64,000 nucleotides of DNA, taken from IMG/VR virus record IMGVR_UViG_3300024268_000001; one strand, written 5' to 3'. The notes below the pieces were generated by a model. The model ran no database searches. It had not been told where the DNA came from and saw only the letters and a program-made list of their open reading frames with translations. A program made the position numbers and the translations under genes. The DNA is from a virus (Duplodnaviria; Heunggongvirae; Uroviricota; Caudoviricetes). Below are positions 63,931 to 64,000 of this stretch, piece after piece (position 1 is the stretch's first letter; every line of letters begins with the position of its first letter).

Positions 63931-64000
63931 AAAAGTCCGGACTAAAATGTTTACAAAGTTCGGACTTTTTTCTATATTATAATCAACAACAAGAGGTTAA
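63931..64000 (+). promoter_or_regulatory. hairpin-enclosed promoter plus SD leader for the next gene
   Basis: TTTACA 63950-63955, TATATT 63973-63978, CAAGAGGTTAA. Confidence 0.8.

Noticed and set aside
1-64000. Genome-wide stop-codon reassignment (TGA or TAG)
   Set aside because: TGA, TAG and TAA all end conserved genes, often in ATGA overlaps. Only one in-frame TGA interruption was found.
24805-64000. True integron or prophage/transposon
   Set aside because: No integrase, transposase, attC-like sites or terminal inverted repeats. The repeats are promoter units.
1-64000. Host assignment from codon style or promoter type
   Set aside because: It cannot be supported without database comparison or CRISPR-spacer matches.

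Overview
A 64-kb segment of a large lytic, T4-related dsDNA phage genome, with two divergent blocks that meet at about 24.7-24.8 kb. No structural genes, DNA polymerase or integrase are in the window, and the host cannot be determined from the sequence. LEFT BLOCK (1-24.7 kb, minus strand): the replication, recombination and nucleotide-metabolism core. It has gp46/gp47, a P-loop NMP kinase, a thymidylate-synthase-fold enzyme, a full sigma70-family sigma factor, an AAA ATPase, gp41 helicase, gp33-like and gp59-like genes, gp32 SSB, a DHH phosphoesterase, an AEP-like primase candidate, a PD-(D/E)XK nuclease, gp45, gp44, a thioredoxin-like protein, a GT2-like glycosyltransferase and gp62, followed by an iteron-like repeat array (candidate origin). 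RIGHT BLOCK (24.8-64 kb, plus strand): about 70 mostly small genes, nearly each with its own TTTACA-N17-TATATT promoter. It also holds two tRNAs, an HNH endonuclease and a MoxR-AAA/vWA pair. STRONGEST OBSERVATIONS: (1) The thymidylate synthase homolog has Asp at the position of E. coli Asn177, the known dUMP-to-dCMP specificity switch, and sits next to an NMP kinase, suggesting pre-replicative cytosine modification (likely 5-methyl-dC). (2) More than 25 otherwise dissimilar small proteins end in the same short amphipathic C-terminal tail. (3) At least 13 promoters have the -35 box enclosed by inverted-repeat arms that differ in sequence but keep their pairing. (4) Exact repeats show these promoter units acting as cassette boundaries, and they come in leaderless and SD-led forms. 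(5) There are dead or fragmentary copies of the AAA/vWA pair and a candidate small RNA. All annotation is by eye and motif recall; no database searches were run.
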